This document shows positions 39,288 to 48,627 of a stretch of DNA of 64,000 bases, piece after piece; within the stretch, counting starts at the first letter, position 1, and each line of letters opens with the position of its first letter. Made by a program: the position numbers and the translations under genes. Where the stretch lies: the NCBI GenBank assembly GCA_031411095.1, contig JANOAK010000023.1, forward strand, positions 13,896 through 77,895, read 5' to 3'. The DNA is from Flavobacteriales bacterium. Lineage in GTDB: Bacteria; Bacteroidota; Bacteroidia; Flavobacteriales_F; PHOS-HE28. The notes under the pieces were generated by a model, which was not told where the DNA came from, made no database searches, and was given only the letters and a program-made list of their open reading frames with translations.

Positions 39288-41231
39288 CTATGCACCTTCG
39301 GAGCTTCGATGGACGAAGTACATCTCCATCTCCCCCTTGCCTTTTGCCTGCACCTTTCCGCGCGCCGTGAACGCCAGGCCCGGCTCTTCCTTTACCAGCG
39401 CATAGGTCGCCTCGCTGATGTTCACCTGTCCCACTTCACCGGAGGATTCCATACGCGCTGCGATGTTCACCGTATCGCCCCAGATGTCGTAGGCGAACTT
39501 CTTCACGCCCACGATGCCCGCCACCACAGGGCCGGTGTGGAGGCCCACGCGCATCTCGAAGGCCGGTTCGCCTTGTGCATCGCGTTCCGCCTTCCGTGCG
39601 ATCATGTAGGCTTGCATTTCCAGTGCTGCTTGAACGACACCTATTGGTGTTGATGACGATGGAACAGGCAATCCGCCTGCACACATGTAGGCATCGCCGA
39701 TGGTCTTGATCTTCTCTATGCCACGCGCGGTGATGATGTGATCGAAGGCTTTGAAGCAGGTGTTCAATTCCTCCACGAGCTCCGTGGGAGAGAGTCGCTC
39801 GGCCACGGAGGTGAAGCCTTTGAAGTCCGTGAAGAGGATGGTGACGCTGGCGAATTGCTTCGCATCAGCGTGCCCCTTCGCTTTCAGTTCATCCGCCACC
39901 TCCTCCGGAAGGATGTTGAGCAACAGTTCATCACTGCGCTTCAATGCCTTCTGGGTGCGACGGCGCTGGCGGTAGCTGATGGAACCGAAGATCACGGACA
40001 CCAGTCCGGCACCTAAAAGGACGTTGCGGCGGGTGCGCTCCTTTTGCAGGAGGTTCGCAGCGGCTTCGTCCTCCAAGCGGCGCAGCGCGTTCGCTGCCTC
40101 CTCCTTGTAGTTGTTCTCGATGCGCTGCAGGTTCGTGGCCGCCGAGGTCAGGTTCATGCTGTCGCGGATCGCGATGTATTCAGCCCGGTGATCATACGCG
40201 CTGCGATAGTCTCCCAGTGCGATGGCGATCGAGTCCATCACCTGGTGATAGCACTGCTGTGAGAATTTGGAGCGGTGGAAGGCGGGATCGGAGGTCATGG
40301 TCCCGGCCACTGCCCTGGCCCGCTCCGGCTTACCGCTGTGCAATTCGTACCAGGCCTGTTCCATCACGCAAAGGGGACAGAGATACCGAGGCTGATCCAT
40401 ACGATCGAGAACGGCGTTCATGCTGTCCAGCAAGGGCCCCGCTCGATCGTGGCGGTCGCGCTGCCGCTCGATACCCGCGAGAAGCGCGTAACCGACCGGA
40501 ACGCTCGGGTCGGATCGCAGGCTCGTGATCAAGCGCATTGCTTCGTGCAAGTGCGGTCCGATGGAGTCGAACCTGCCCAATTGCTGGAGCTCCGCGGCTA
40601 TGTAGATATGGCCCCAGCACATCAGCGCCGTGTCGCCCACCCGCATCCCGTGACTGATCATCCGGGCCGAATAGGTCAACGAACGGTCCCACTGTTTCAC
40701 ATTGTCATACGCCTGCGCCAGTTGTATGTACAGGTCGGGTACCTGGTCGATCAGGACCTGTCGCGCGTCCAACCGGAGCGCCTCTTCGCGGTAGCTGAGC
40801 GCCTTGGCCAGGTCACGCTCGCGCGCCATGGTCATGTTGCTCATGCGGTTCAGCAGGGCGAACATCATCACCGTGTCCTCGCGGGCCTTCGCATCGTCCA
40901 GCATGGAATCAAGTTCCGCTTGATAGCTCTGCGTGAACGGTGGCAGGGACATCGCATAGGCCCGCGCCTCCGTCGCTTCCATCAGCACGGGTAGCCTGTG
41001 GCGTGCGAAAGGGGAGCGCAGCATGTCCGCGGTGATCCGCTCCAGGGCGATCGTGTCCTTCCGTTCTAACGCCGGCTCAAGGCTGTCCTCGAGCACCGCA
41101 AAGGCGGCGGAATCAGCCAGCGTGTAGCCATGGTCCCGTGTGGCAGGGGTCTTCCGATCGGAAGGTGTGCAACCATTGAACGCCGCACATGCGAAGAAGA
41201 GGTGGAGGAGGATCGCGGTGGAGCGGTTCAC
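39288..41231 (-). CDS. Class III adenylate/guanylate cyclase with N-terminal TPR-like sensor region and a TM segment
   Basis: C-terminal CHD domain: FTDFKGFT...IKTIGDAYM...GLHTGPVVAGIVG...YDIWGDTVNIAARMES. Confidence 0.8.
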   Translation of the reverse strand: MNRSTAILLHLFFACAAFNGCTPSDRKTPATRDHGYTLADSAAFAVLEDSLEPALERKDTIALERITADMLRSPFARHRLPVLMEATEARAYAMSLPPFTQSYQAELDSMLDDAKAREDTVMMFALLNRMSNMTMARERDLAKALSYREEALRLDARQVLIDQVPDLYIQLAQAYDNVKQWDRSLTYSARMISHGMRVGDTALMCWGHIYIAAELQQLGRFDSIGPHLHEAMRLITSLRSDPSVPVGYALLAGIERQRDRHDRAGPLLDSMNAVLDRMDQPRYLCPLCVMEQAWYELHSGKPERARAVAGTMTSDPAFHRSKFSQQCYHQVMDSIAIALGDYRSAYDHRAEYIAIRDSMNLTSAATNLQRIENNYKEEAANALRRLEDEAAANLLQKERTRRNVLLGAGLVSVIFGSISYRQRRRTQKALKRSDELLLNILPEEVADELKAKGHADAKQFASVTILFTDFKGFTSVAERLSPTELVEELNTCFKAFDHIITARGIEKIKTIGDAYMCAGGLPVPSSSTPIGVVQAALEMQAYMIARKAERDAQGEPAFEMRVGLHTGPVVAGIVGVKKFAYDIWGDTVNIAARMESSGEVGQVNISEATYALVKEEPGLAFTARGKVQAKGKGEMEMYFVHRSSEGA

Positions 41232-41362
41232 AGGACTCCAAAGTACGTTTCACTGCATCACCGGGGGAGCGCTTCGATCCCCGTGAGCGAAATACATCAT
41301 CATCTCTGGGCCGGGCATCAAAAGTGAGGGGAGCATATATTGCCGGTGGACATCTTTGCACC

Positions 41363-42505
41363 ATGCGGACCCTTCTCTACACCTTTCTCTTGTGCCTCGT
41401 GAGCACTGTGCACGCCCAACCCTTCTCCATCGGGACCACCAACATCACCTTCTTCGATGCGGGACGGAACCGGAACATCCCCTGCGAACTGCATTATCCG
41501 GCGGACGCCACGGGCACGGATGTCGCTGTGACAAGCGGTGCCTTCCCGGTCCTGGTGATCGGGCATGGATTTGTGATGACGGTGGATGCCTACACCTATC
41601 TATGGCAACACTACTCTCCCCTGGGCTACATCGTCGCCTTGCCGACCACCGAGGGCGGCTTCGCTCCCAACCATGGCGCCTTTGGTGCGGATCTGGCCTA
41701 TGTGGCCGATGCGCTGCAAGCGGCGAACACGGATGGTGCATCCCTCTTTTTCGGACACGTTGCACCGGCCACGGCCTTGATGGGCCACTCGATGGGTGGG
41801 GGTGCCGCCTTCCTGGGTGCCGCAGGGAATGACGCCATCCAAACACTGGTGACCTTCGCGCCTGCGGAGACCAACCCCAGCGCGATCGCCGCCGCCGCGC
41901 AAGTATCGGTGCCGACCCTGGTCTTTGCCGCAAGCGAGGATTGTGTGACGCCCATCGCCGCCCATGCGCAGCCCATGTATGACGCGCTCGGTGTGGTATG
42001 CAAGGCCTTTGTGAACATCACCGGTGGCGGGCACTGCTACTTCGGGGACAACAACGCGCTGTGCTCGTTCGGCGAGTTCACGTGCGGGCCGGACCTCACC
42101 ATTACGCGCGATGAACAGCATGATGTGGTGAGCGACATCAGCGACCTGTGGTTGGACCATCACCTGCGGGGATCCAGCTCGGCATTGACCGGCCTGTTGG
42201 ATTCGCTCGCGAGCAGCACGCGCTTCCAGTCCGTGAACACCTGTCTTTCCACGTCGACGGCTGAACGCATGACGGTCCAGTTCACCGCCTTTTGGAACGC
42301 CGATGAAGGAAGCCTGTTCCTTCAAGGACTTTCCCCGGGAGCGGAGCTGGTGATCACGAACGCGCTGGGGAGCGTGGTGGCCCGCGAGCGGGTCGGCGGA
42401 AAGACATGGTCCGTATCGTTGCGCGACCGGTCGACCGGCGTGTACCACGTGCGGCAATGTTCCAACGGACAGTGCTCTTCGCGAGCAGTGGTGATACAGC
42501 GCTAG
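41363..42505 (+). CDS. Secreted alpha/beta hydrolase (cutinase/PETase-like lipase fold) with T9SS C-terminal domain
   Basis: Signal peptide. Nucleophile elbow GHSMGG. Probable Asp (ASEDCVTP) and His (GGGHCYF) triad members in PETase-like spacing. Type-A sorting domain at the C-terminus. Confidence 0.7.
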   Translation: MRTLLYTFLLCLVSTVHAQPFSIGTTNITFFDAGRNRNIPCELHYPADATGTDVAVTSGAFPVLVIGHGFVMTVDAYTYLWQHYSPLGYIVALPTTEGGFAPNHGAFGADLAYVADALQAANTDGASLFFGHVAPATALMGHSMGGGAAFLGAAGNDAIQTLVTFAPAETNPSAIAAAAQVSVPTLVFAASEDCVTPIAAHAQPMYDALGVVCKAFVNITGGGHCYFGDNNALCSFGEFTCGPDLTITRDEQHDVVSDISDLWLDHHLRGSSSALTGLLDSLASSTRFQSVNTCLSTSTAERMTVQFTAFWNADEGSLFLQGLSPGAELVITNALGSVVARERVGGKTWSVSLRDRSTGVYHVRQCSNGQCSSRAVVIQR

Positions 42506-42774
42506 GGGTGTGACGCGCGGGAGAGCGCATCTGCGACCTGCACATGCCTTCGAGCATGACGAGCACAAAGGCCCTTAAGAGCGTTCCCTCTCATACGGTT
42601 GCGTTCGGGATCATCAGGATGACCAGCATCCTCGTAGGTCGCGCAGACCCTCGGACGGATATCTTTCCGGACCAGCGCGTGACGGTCACCGGGAGGTCGG
42701 TCATGCAAGCGTTGGGGAACGGAATAAGGATCGTGGGCGCATGAAGGGTGCCTCGAACGGATCAAGCGGAACAC

Positions 42775-43800
42775 ATGGACTCCATCACCCATCTGGTCGT
42801 AGGCGCGTGCATCGGGGAGGTGTTCCTTGGGCGCCAGCTGGGTAAGCGCGCGCTGTTATGGGGCGCTGCAGCGCAGAGCGCCCCCGATATGGATTGGATG
42901 GCCTCCTTGTGGATGGGCACGGCGGAGAACCTCCTCGCGCATCGCGGCTTCACACATTCCTTCCTGTTCGCGGCCGTCATTACACCACTGTTCGCCATGG
43001 CCGCCGATCGATGGCACCGGCCGCATGACATCTCCTTCCGGCGCTTCCTCTGGTTCTTCGGGGTGGCCATCTTCGGCCATACGCTTCTCGATGGTCTCAA
43101 TTCCTACGGCACGGGTTGGTTCGAGCCGTTCGACCATGCCCGTGTGGCCCTCAATGTGTTGTTCGTGGCCGACCCGTTCTTCACGCTGGGTCCGGCTGTC
43201 GCGGTGCTCGGCCTGTTACTGTTGCGCAAGCATGCACGCTACCACCGTGGATGGGCCATGGGGGGGCTCGTCTGGTGTCTGGTGTACATCGGCTTCGCTA
43301 CGAGCAACAAGCTGCGGATGGAACGAGCGGTGGAGGAGCTCCTGGTGCAGCAGGGTGTCCGGCATGATCGCACCTTCATCACGCCCACGGTCATGAACAA
43401 CTGGCTATGGTACGTGGTGGCAAGTGATGCGAACGGTCACCACGTCGGCTTCAGGTCCGTGTTCGACGGTAATGCTCCCTTGGAGCTGCGATACTTCCCC
43501 CGGAACGAAGACTTGCTCACGGACCTGCGGGATCACAGTGAGGTACAGGTGTTGCAACGCTTCGCGCAAGGCCTTTATACCGTGGAACGTAGCGATGGTG
43601 CATTGGTGTTCAGCGACCTGCGCTTCGGACAGGTGATGGGCTGGCGCGATCCGGATGCGCCGTTCGTGTTCCGTTTCGATCTGGACCACACGGATGCGAA
43701 TGCGCTGGTGGTGCAACGCGGGCGGTTCGCCGGATGGGACCGCGATGCCGTCGCCTCACTGGTGCGGCGCATCGCCGGCCGTCAGCGCTCGCGGCGGTAG
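42775..43800 (+). CDS. Membrane-bound metal-dependent hydrolase (YdjM/DUF457-like)
   Basis: MDSITHLVVGACIG N-terminus with His/Asp-rich TM helices, as in DUF457. Confidence 0.55.
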   Translation: MDSITHLVVGACIGEVFLGRQLGKRALLWGAAAQSAPDMDWMASLWMGTAENLLAHRGFTHSFLFAAVITPLFAMAADRWHRPHDISFRRFLWFFGVAIFGHTLLDGLNSYGTGWFEPFDHARVALNVLFVADPFFTLGPAVAVLGLLLLRKHARYHRGWAMGGLVWCLVYIGFATSNKLRMERAVEELLVQQGVRHDRTFITPTVMNNWLWYVVASDANGHHVGFRSVFDGNAPLELRYFPRNEDLLTDLRDHSEVQVLQRFAQGLYTVERSDGALVFSDLRFGQVMGWRDPDAPFVFRFDLDHTDANALVVQRGRFAGWDRDAVASLVRRIAGRQRSRR

Positions 43801-44969
43801 TAGAAGGTCACCACGCTGTTCGACAGGCGCAGCAGTTGGAAGGCGCACCATTGCCCGAAGCGGGGCAACAGGCCGGTACGCCGGACCTCGGCCGCGGTGA
43901 TCGCACGGCACTCCTCGCGCATCACGCGTTCCTGCTCCGTTCGCACTGCACGCGCTATGCCGGCATCCTCCACATCCAGGTTCGCTTCCAAGGTGGTGTA
44001 CATGCTCAGGTCGTTCATGTTGAAGGAGCCGAGTGTGCACCAGGCGTCATCGCGTGTGGCCACTTTGGCGTGCAGCACATTGCGTTGGTACTCGAACAGC
44101 GCGATGCCATGGCGAAGCAACCAGGCATAGAAGTAGCGCTCGGCCGGTTTGGAGAGCAACACGTCCGAAGGTCCGGTGGTGATGAGGGTGATGCGCACGC
44201 CGCGCCGGGCTGCGTTCGCGATCGCGCGCTTGAGCACACGGCCGGGGACGAAGTAGCTGGCGGCGAGCAGCACTTCCTTTTCCGCGGACCGGAACAGTTC
44301 CAGATAGCTCGCGGTCACTTCCGCCCTGCCGTAGAGCCAGTCGTTCAACCGTACGCGGATGTTGCAGTGCTGCTCCTTCGGCCAGTTGGCCAGCACCGCG
44401 GCTCGTTCCGCGGAGGTGGGGGGCAGCGCGCGTGTTCGATGGGAGCTGGGGAGGGTGCCGTTCCACACATCGCAACACAGGTCGGACAGGTCGAGGGCCG
44501 CCTCTCCTTCCACTTCCAGGGCCATGTCGTACCAGGCCGGGCGACCCTCCAGGTCATTGTAACGGTCGGCGATGTTGCGTCCGCTCACGAGGGCATGCCT
44601 GTGGTCCACCACCAGCACTTTGTGGTGCATGCGCCGACCGATGTAGAACCGTTTGCTCCTGTAAAGCGGCTCGAACCAGCGGAAGTGGCCACCGGCCTCA
44701 CGGAAGGCGTTGATGAATGTTGTGGGAAGTTGGCGCGATGCATAACCATCCGCGATCAGGAACACCACAACGCCCCGCTGCGCTGCCCGCAACAAGGCCG
44801 AGGAGATCCGCGTGCCGGTGGTGTCGTCGGCGATGATGTAGACCTGTAAGTGGATCAACGTGCGCGCGCCGTCGATCATCGCCTCCATGCGGTCGAAATA
44901 GTCGCGCCCGGAAATGATCAACGCGGCGCGGTTCCGTGTACCGTATTCCTGTTGGCGGCTTTTCTTCAT
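43782..44969 (-). CDS. Phospholipase D-family protein / cardiolipin synthase-like
   Basis: Two HKD motifs (HHKVLVVD...GRNI; HAKVATRDDAWCTLGSFNMNDLS). Start taken at MKKSRQQ. Confidence 0.8.
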   Translation of the reverse strand: MKKSRQQEYGTRNRAALIISGRDYFDRMEAMIDGARTLIHLQVYIIADDTTGTRISSALLRAAQRGVVVFLIADGYASRQLPTTFINAFREAGGHFRWFEPLYRSKRFYIGRRMHHKVLVVDHRHALVSGRNIADRYNDLEGRPAWYDMALEVEGEAALDLSDLCCDVWNGTLPSSHRTRALPPTSAERAAVLANWPKEQHCNIRVRLNDWLYGRAEVTASYLELFRSAEKEVLLAASYFVPGRVLKRAIANAARRGVRITLITTGPSDVLLSKPAERYFYAWLLRHGIALFEYQRNVLHAKVATRDDAWCTLGSFNMNDLSMYTTLEANLDVEDAGIARAVRTEQERVMREECRAITAAEVRRTGLLPRFGQWCAFQLLRLSNSVVTFYYRRER

Positions 44970-45242
44970 CTGATGGACGATCGCTTGGAATGGGTATGCA
45001 TCCCTGCACCCAAGGTATCCAGATCGCCGATGTGATCGATCCGGGCCGTGCAAGTTCCCGTGCAGTGGAAATGCAACCGCGGTCCGACCTGCGCCGGGTC
45101 CTGCACCGACCATGGTGGTATGTGGGACATGCACAGGGCAGTGAGCACGCCATCCGGAAATGGTCCCCTGCTGAAGGATGACTGCGCTTTCGTTCGTATC
45201 TATGTGACCGGCCAGCGCAGGATGCGCGGTCCTTCACCTGGC

Positions 45243-45539
45243 ATGGTCACCATCAAGCTCAAGCTCATCGGCATGGACCGCGCGGTGAATCCCGACCTTT
45301 TGGAAGCGATCACGCACACCAACGATCAGGCGCGCGAAGTGGCGGAGCGGTACGAACAGGCGGGGCCGTTCAGTTGTGATGAACATCCCGATGGCATGCC
45401 GGTGATCGAGGTGTCGGCCATCTACCAGGCATCGGTGAAGGTGCGCAAGGTGAAGTTCTGCTGCCAGGCCCTGGCCGATGCCGTTGACATCCGCATGGGG
45501 CAGCCCACGTCCCCCCTCATACAGAAGTTGCGCCGCTAG
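45243..45539 (+). CDS. Hypothetical protein
   Basis: GC3-biased ORF starting at MVTIKLKL. No homology recognised. Confidence 0.3.
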   Translation: MVTIKLKLIGMDRAVNPDLLEAITHTNDQAREVAERYEQAGPFSCDEHPDGMPVIEVSAIYQASVKVRKVKFCCQALADAVDIRMGQPTSPLIQKLRR

Positions 45540-45927
45540 CCTTCGGTTGGATCAGGTCCCATAGGTTACCATGGAGGTCGCGGAAAACCGCGACCAGTCC
45601 CCACGGTTGTTGTTCGGGTCCCCAGATGAATTCCACACCGGCCTTCGTCATGTGCGCGTGATCGCGTGCGAGGTCATCGGTATGCAGGAACAGGAACACG
45701 CGGCCCCCGCATTGATCACCGATGGCCGCGACCTGTTCCGGTGTCGTGGCCTTGGCGAGCAGAATGCGTGTGCCGTTCGATCCCTTCGGTGCGATCACCA
45801 CCCATCGTTTCGTGTTGCTCAAGTGAAGGTCCTCGATCAATTCGAAGTTCAGCGCGGTGGTATACCAGGCGATCGCACGATCATGGTCATCCACCAGAAG
45901 TGAGAGCTGTGCGATGTGCTGGGGCAT
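45517..45927 (-). CDS. VOC family / glyoxalase-like protein
   Basis: MPQHIAQLSLLVDDHDRAIAWYT... glyoxalase-fold pattern. Confidence 0.6.
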   Translation of the reverse strand: MPQHIAQLSLLVDDHDRAIAWYTTALNFELIEDLHLSNTKRWVVIAPKGSNGTRILLAKATTPEQVAAIGDQCGGRVFLFLHTDDLARDHAHMTKAGVEFIWGPEQQPWGLVAVFRDLHGNLWDLIQPKASGATSV

Positions 45928-46208
45928 GTTGTGTGGCGTTCGAAGAACACGTGTTAAGTTGACCGTGGACAAGGCATCACCGTTATCGCGTACCACGCTG
46001 TATCACGCACGGGACAAGGCTTTGCGAGCGACGATGGATGATGTGATGAATGTGATGCAGCGTGATGGATCATGCATGTGCGACATGTGCATGGCACATC
46101 GCTGCGCCGTTGGGATCATGGTGGGAGGTGGAAGTGATCTTCACGATATCAACAAACAATGGTTGGTAGATCTTTTACGCGAAGTAGTGCGTATGTGGAT
46201 CATCCGGA

Positions 46209-46216
46209 TAGGTTTG
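46209..46216 (+). promoter_or_regulatory. Bacteroidota-type -7 promoter element TAGGTTTG (TAnnTTTG)
   Basis: Exact match to the Bacteroidota sigma-A -7 consensus, ~18 nt upstream of the small lysine-rich ORF. Confidence 0.35.
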
Positions 46217-46233
46217 TGTCAAACTTTCACACC

Positions 46234-46329
46234 ATGGCTAAGAAAGCTGCAAAGAAGAAGGCCGCCCCTAAGAAGGCGACCAAGAAGGCTGCCCCCAAGA
46301 AAAAGGCGGCTGCTAAGAAGAAGAAGTAA
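46234..46329 (+). CDS. Small lysine/alanine-rich basic protein (31 aa; histone-H1-like tail)
   Basis: ATG...TAA ORF encoding MAKKAAKKKAAPKKATKKAAPKKKAAAKKKK. Not in the supplied track (<60 aa). Preceded by a consensus promoter box and followed by a perfect palindromic terminator. Confidence 0.5.
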   Translation: MAKKAAKKKAAPKKATKKAAPKKKAAAKKKK

Positions 46330-46351
46330 GGCGCTTGCGCTTTACGGCGAA

Positions 46352-46376
46352 GGGGCCCGACATGTCGGGCCCCTTT
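46352..46376. terminator. Perfect 22-nt palindrome GGGGCCCGACATGTCGGGCCCC followed by TTT (possible bidirectional terminator)
   Basis: Read directly from the sequence. Lies between convergent genes (the small ORF on + and trxA on -). Confidence 0.5.
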
Positions 46377-46667
46377 CGCGTTCCTAATGGTGCCGTCAAA
46401 TGCACATGTGCCCGATGGGTCCAAGGCGGAGTGTGATACACATCACCGGGAACACCGATCTCTTCACATCACCTTGCATCATGGCGTATAAGGATACCCA
46501 ACTGTACAGCATCGTCACCTTCACCTGTCGGTATTGCCATGAAGGGAGGTTCCAAAGGCCATCCGTACGACCTGCCCTTGTTCCATGCCTTGAGCAAGAT
46601 CATCTGGGCGAACATGTTCCTGCCCTTCAACGGCAGAGCGTCGCATAAGGAGAAAGCGTGAGACCGG

Positions 46668-46976
46668 TCAGAGGTAGGGTTGGATGGCGCTCCGCAGTTC
46701 CGCCGCGCTCATCACTCCCGACCTCCGCCAGACGAGCTCGCCCTTCTTGAAGATGGCCAGGGTGGGTACACCCTGTATCCGGTAGGCCAGCGCGGCGGAC
46801 TGATTGCGGTCCACATCCACCTTGATCACCTTGGCCTGGTCGCCCATCTGGTGCTTGAAGTCCTCGAGGATCGGCTTCATCATCTTGCACGGACCACACC
46901 ACTCCGCGAAGAAGTCCACGAGCACGGGTTTGTCGCCGTTGATGAGCTGCTGGAACGAAGTGGGTTGATCGGCCAT
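46668..46976 (-). CDS. trxA: Thioredoxin
   Basis: WCGPCK active site. ~102 aa. Start at MADQPTSF. Confidence 0.85.
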   Translation of the reverse strand: MADQPTSFQQLINGDKPVLVDFFAEWCGPCKMMKPILEDFKHQMGDQAKVIKVDVDRNQSAALAYRIQGVPTLAIFKKGELVWRRSGVMSAAELRSAIQPYL

Positions 46977-46978
46977 GG

Positions 46979-47221
46979 TCAATGGATCTCTTCGTACTGG
47001 ATGTCCTTTTGCCCTTTCCCTGTGGGCATGGTTCCGCTGCGTGGTGCGCAGGCCGACTGCCCGCAGCACCCCACGTTGAAGATCGCCTGAACACCGAAGA
47101 ACGCACTGGCGAAGTGGGCCACGCCATCGTACCGCGAGAGACCGGCGAACAGGAACATCAGCGAAGCGCCGAGCTGGAGCCAGCGTGTGGGATGCCAGTT
47201 ATGCAGGATGCGGTCCTTCAT
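46979..47221 (-). CDS. Small membrane protein (rhodanese-associated, DUF2892-like)
   Basis: MKDRILHNWHPTRW... followed by one or two hydrophobic helices. Lies immediately downstream of the rhodanese gene. Confidence 0.4.
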   Translation of the reverse strand: MKDRILHNWHPTRWLQLGASLMFLFAGLSRYDGVAHFASAFFGVQAIFNVGCCGQSACAPRSGTMPTGKGQKDIQYEEIH

Positions 47222-47526
47222 CAGCGTGCCACCAGGGCGTTCACCGATGTCCACGGTCCTCCGTTGTGCACATCCAAGCCATGGGCCTTAAGCATCTGCA
47301 TGGCCTGTCCGCTGCGCATACCACTTCGGCAAACGGTGATCACCGGTTTGCCCGTCGGGATCTTCTTCATTTCCTGCTCCAGCAGGTCCAGCGGAATATT
47401 GACCGACCCGTTCACATGGCCTTGGGCGAATTCGCCGGGCGTGCGCACGTCTACGATGGTGGCACCATCCATCAGGAGCTGGCCGAGGTCCACTTTAGGT
47501 TGAAGGCCGAAGAGGGAACGTAGCAT
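47221..47526 (-). CDS. Rhodanese-domain sulfurtransferase
   Basis: Single rhodanese domain with active-site Cys (ITVCRSGMRS). Confidence 0.8.
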   Translation of the reverse strand: MLRSLFGLQPKVDLGQLLMDGATIVDVRTPGEFAQGHVNGSVNIPLDLLEQEMKKIPTGKPVITVCRSGMRSGQAMQMLKAHGLDVHNGGPWTSVNALVAR

Positions 47527-47538
47527 GTTCTGTTCGCG

Positions 47539-47763
47539 TTAGGGTTGGTTCGTGTGGTGATCGGATGATCGTTTTGACCTGTCGCCAGGACGGAAGGAGT
47601 TCGCCAGGAGGCCGCCCATGAACGCACCATACAAGGTGCTGTTGATCGGTGACGAGGTGATGGCACAGGTGCCCGAGGCACAGCCCACCTGCGACCAGTA
47701 GAGCCAGCCAGCTAAGGCGCCAAGTAGCACGCCGAAAAGGATCAGGAGCGTGGTTCGATTCAT
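47539..47763 (-). CDS. Small membrane protein with CxxxC motif (DUF6132-like)
   Basis: MNRTTLLILFGVLLGALAGWLYWSQVGCASGTC... Confidence 0.4.
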   Translation of the reverse strand: MNRTTLLILFGVLLGALAGWLYWSQVGCASGTCAITSSPINSTLYGAFMGGLLANSFRPGDRSKRSSDHHTNQP

Positions 47764-47960
47764 TTGGACGAAGTGCGAATGCCGAAAGGAAGGTACAGTG
47801 GACACACCCGGGTGATGGCCGTGATGACCAGCACAATTCCCAGGCCAAAGGCCGCCCATCCGCGAGCGCCACCGATCACACCGCCAACAGAAAGGCCGAT
47901 CAGCAGGGCGGCAAGGAGGAAGCGGACAAGCCGATCAGAGGTTCCAACATTCGTTCTCAT
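47760..47960 (-). CDS. DUF2892 (YgaP-like) inner-membrane protein
   Basis: ...LVRFLLAALLIGL...GIVLVITAITRVCPLY has the characteristic CPLY motif. Confidence 0.5.
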   Translation of the reverse strand: MRTNVGTSDRLVRFLLAALLIGLSVGGVIGGARGWAAFGLGIVLVITAITRVCPLYLPFGIRTSSK

Positions 47961-48020
47961 GGTGCGGAGCATTTGCACCACAAAGGTCGGATGATCGAGC
48001 GGCGAGGTCCGTGACCTTTA

Positions 48021-48626
48021 TCACGCAACGGTGGGCCGCACCTCGATCACGTTGCGCCCCAAGGTCAATCGTCCGCGCTGTTGCAATTGGTGGAGCAGCC
48101 GGGTGATCACCTCGCGGGGCGAGCTCAGTTCGTTCGCGATGTCCTGGTGCGTGAGCCGCAGCGATTTGTTGCCGGTGGCCTGCACGCGTTTCACCAGGTA
48201 ATCCCACAACTGCTCATCCAGCTTGCTGAATGCGGTGAGCTCCAACGCCTCCAACAACTCGCCGAAGCGCTGGGCCTGCATGTCGCTGATGTATTTCCGC
48301 CATTCGGGGTATTCCATCCAACGGTCCACGTACGCCACGGGCACCAGGAGCAGCTCGGCGTCGTCCTCCACCACGGCATGCACCTCGCTCACCCGTTGCG
48401 CACGGCAGCACGTGAGGGACATGGCGCACGATTCGCCGGGGAAGATGTGGTAGAGATATCGCTCGGCACCGTTCGGGTTCTGGAGCAGGATGCGGATGGT
48501 GCCCTTCAGAACGATGGGGATGTGCGTGATGATGTCACCCGGGCGCATCAGCTCCGTGCCCGCGGCCATCGCGCGGTGAACACCCACCTTGTCCAGTTCC
48601 CCCTGAAGCTTCGGGTCGACGAACAT
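48021..48626 (-). CDS. Crp/Fnr-family transcriptional regulator
   Basis: cNMP-binding-like N-domain plus C-terminal HTH (LTHQDIANELSSPREVITRLL). Confidence 0.8.
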   Translation of the reverse strand: MFVDPKLQGELDKVGVHRAMAAGTELMRPGDIITHIPIVLKGTIRILLQNPNGAERYLYHIFPGESCAMSLTCCRAQRVSEVHAVVEDDAELLLVPVAYVDRWMEYPEWRKYISDMQAQRFGELLEALELTAFSKLDEQLWDYLVKRVQATGNKSLRLTHQDIANELSSPREVITRLLHQLQQRGRLTLGRNVIEVRPTVA

Positions 48627-48627
48627 G

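Noticed and set aside
45857-46387. 176-aa ORF 45857..46387+ spanning the lysine-rich region
   Set aside because: Arg-rich out-of-frame reading of the same AAG-rich DNA. The ATG-initiated 31-aa Lys/Ala frame, with promoter box and terminator, is more plausible.
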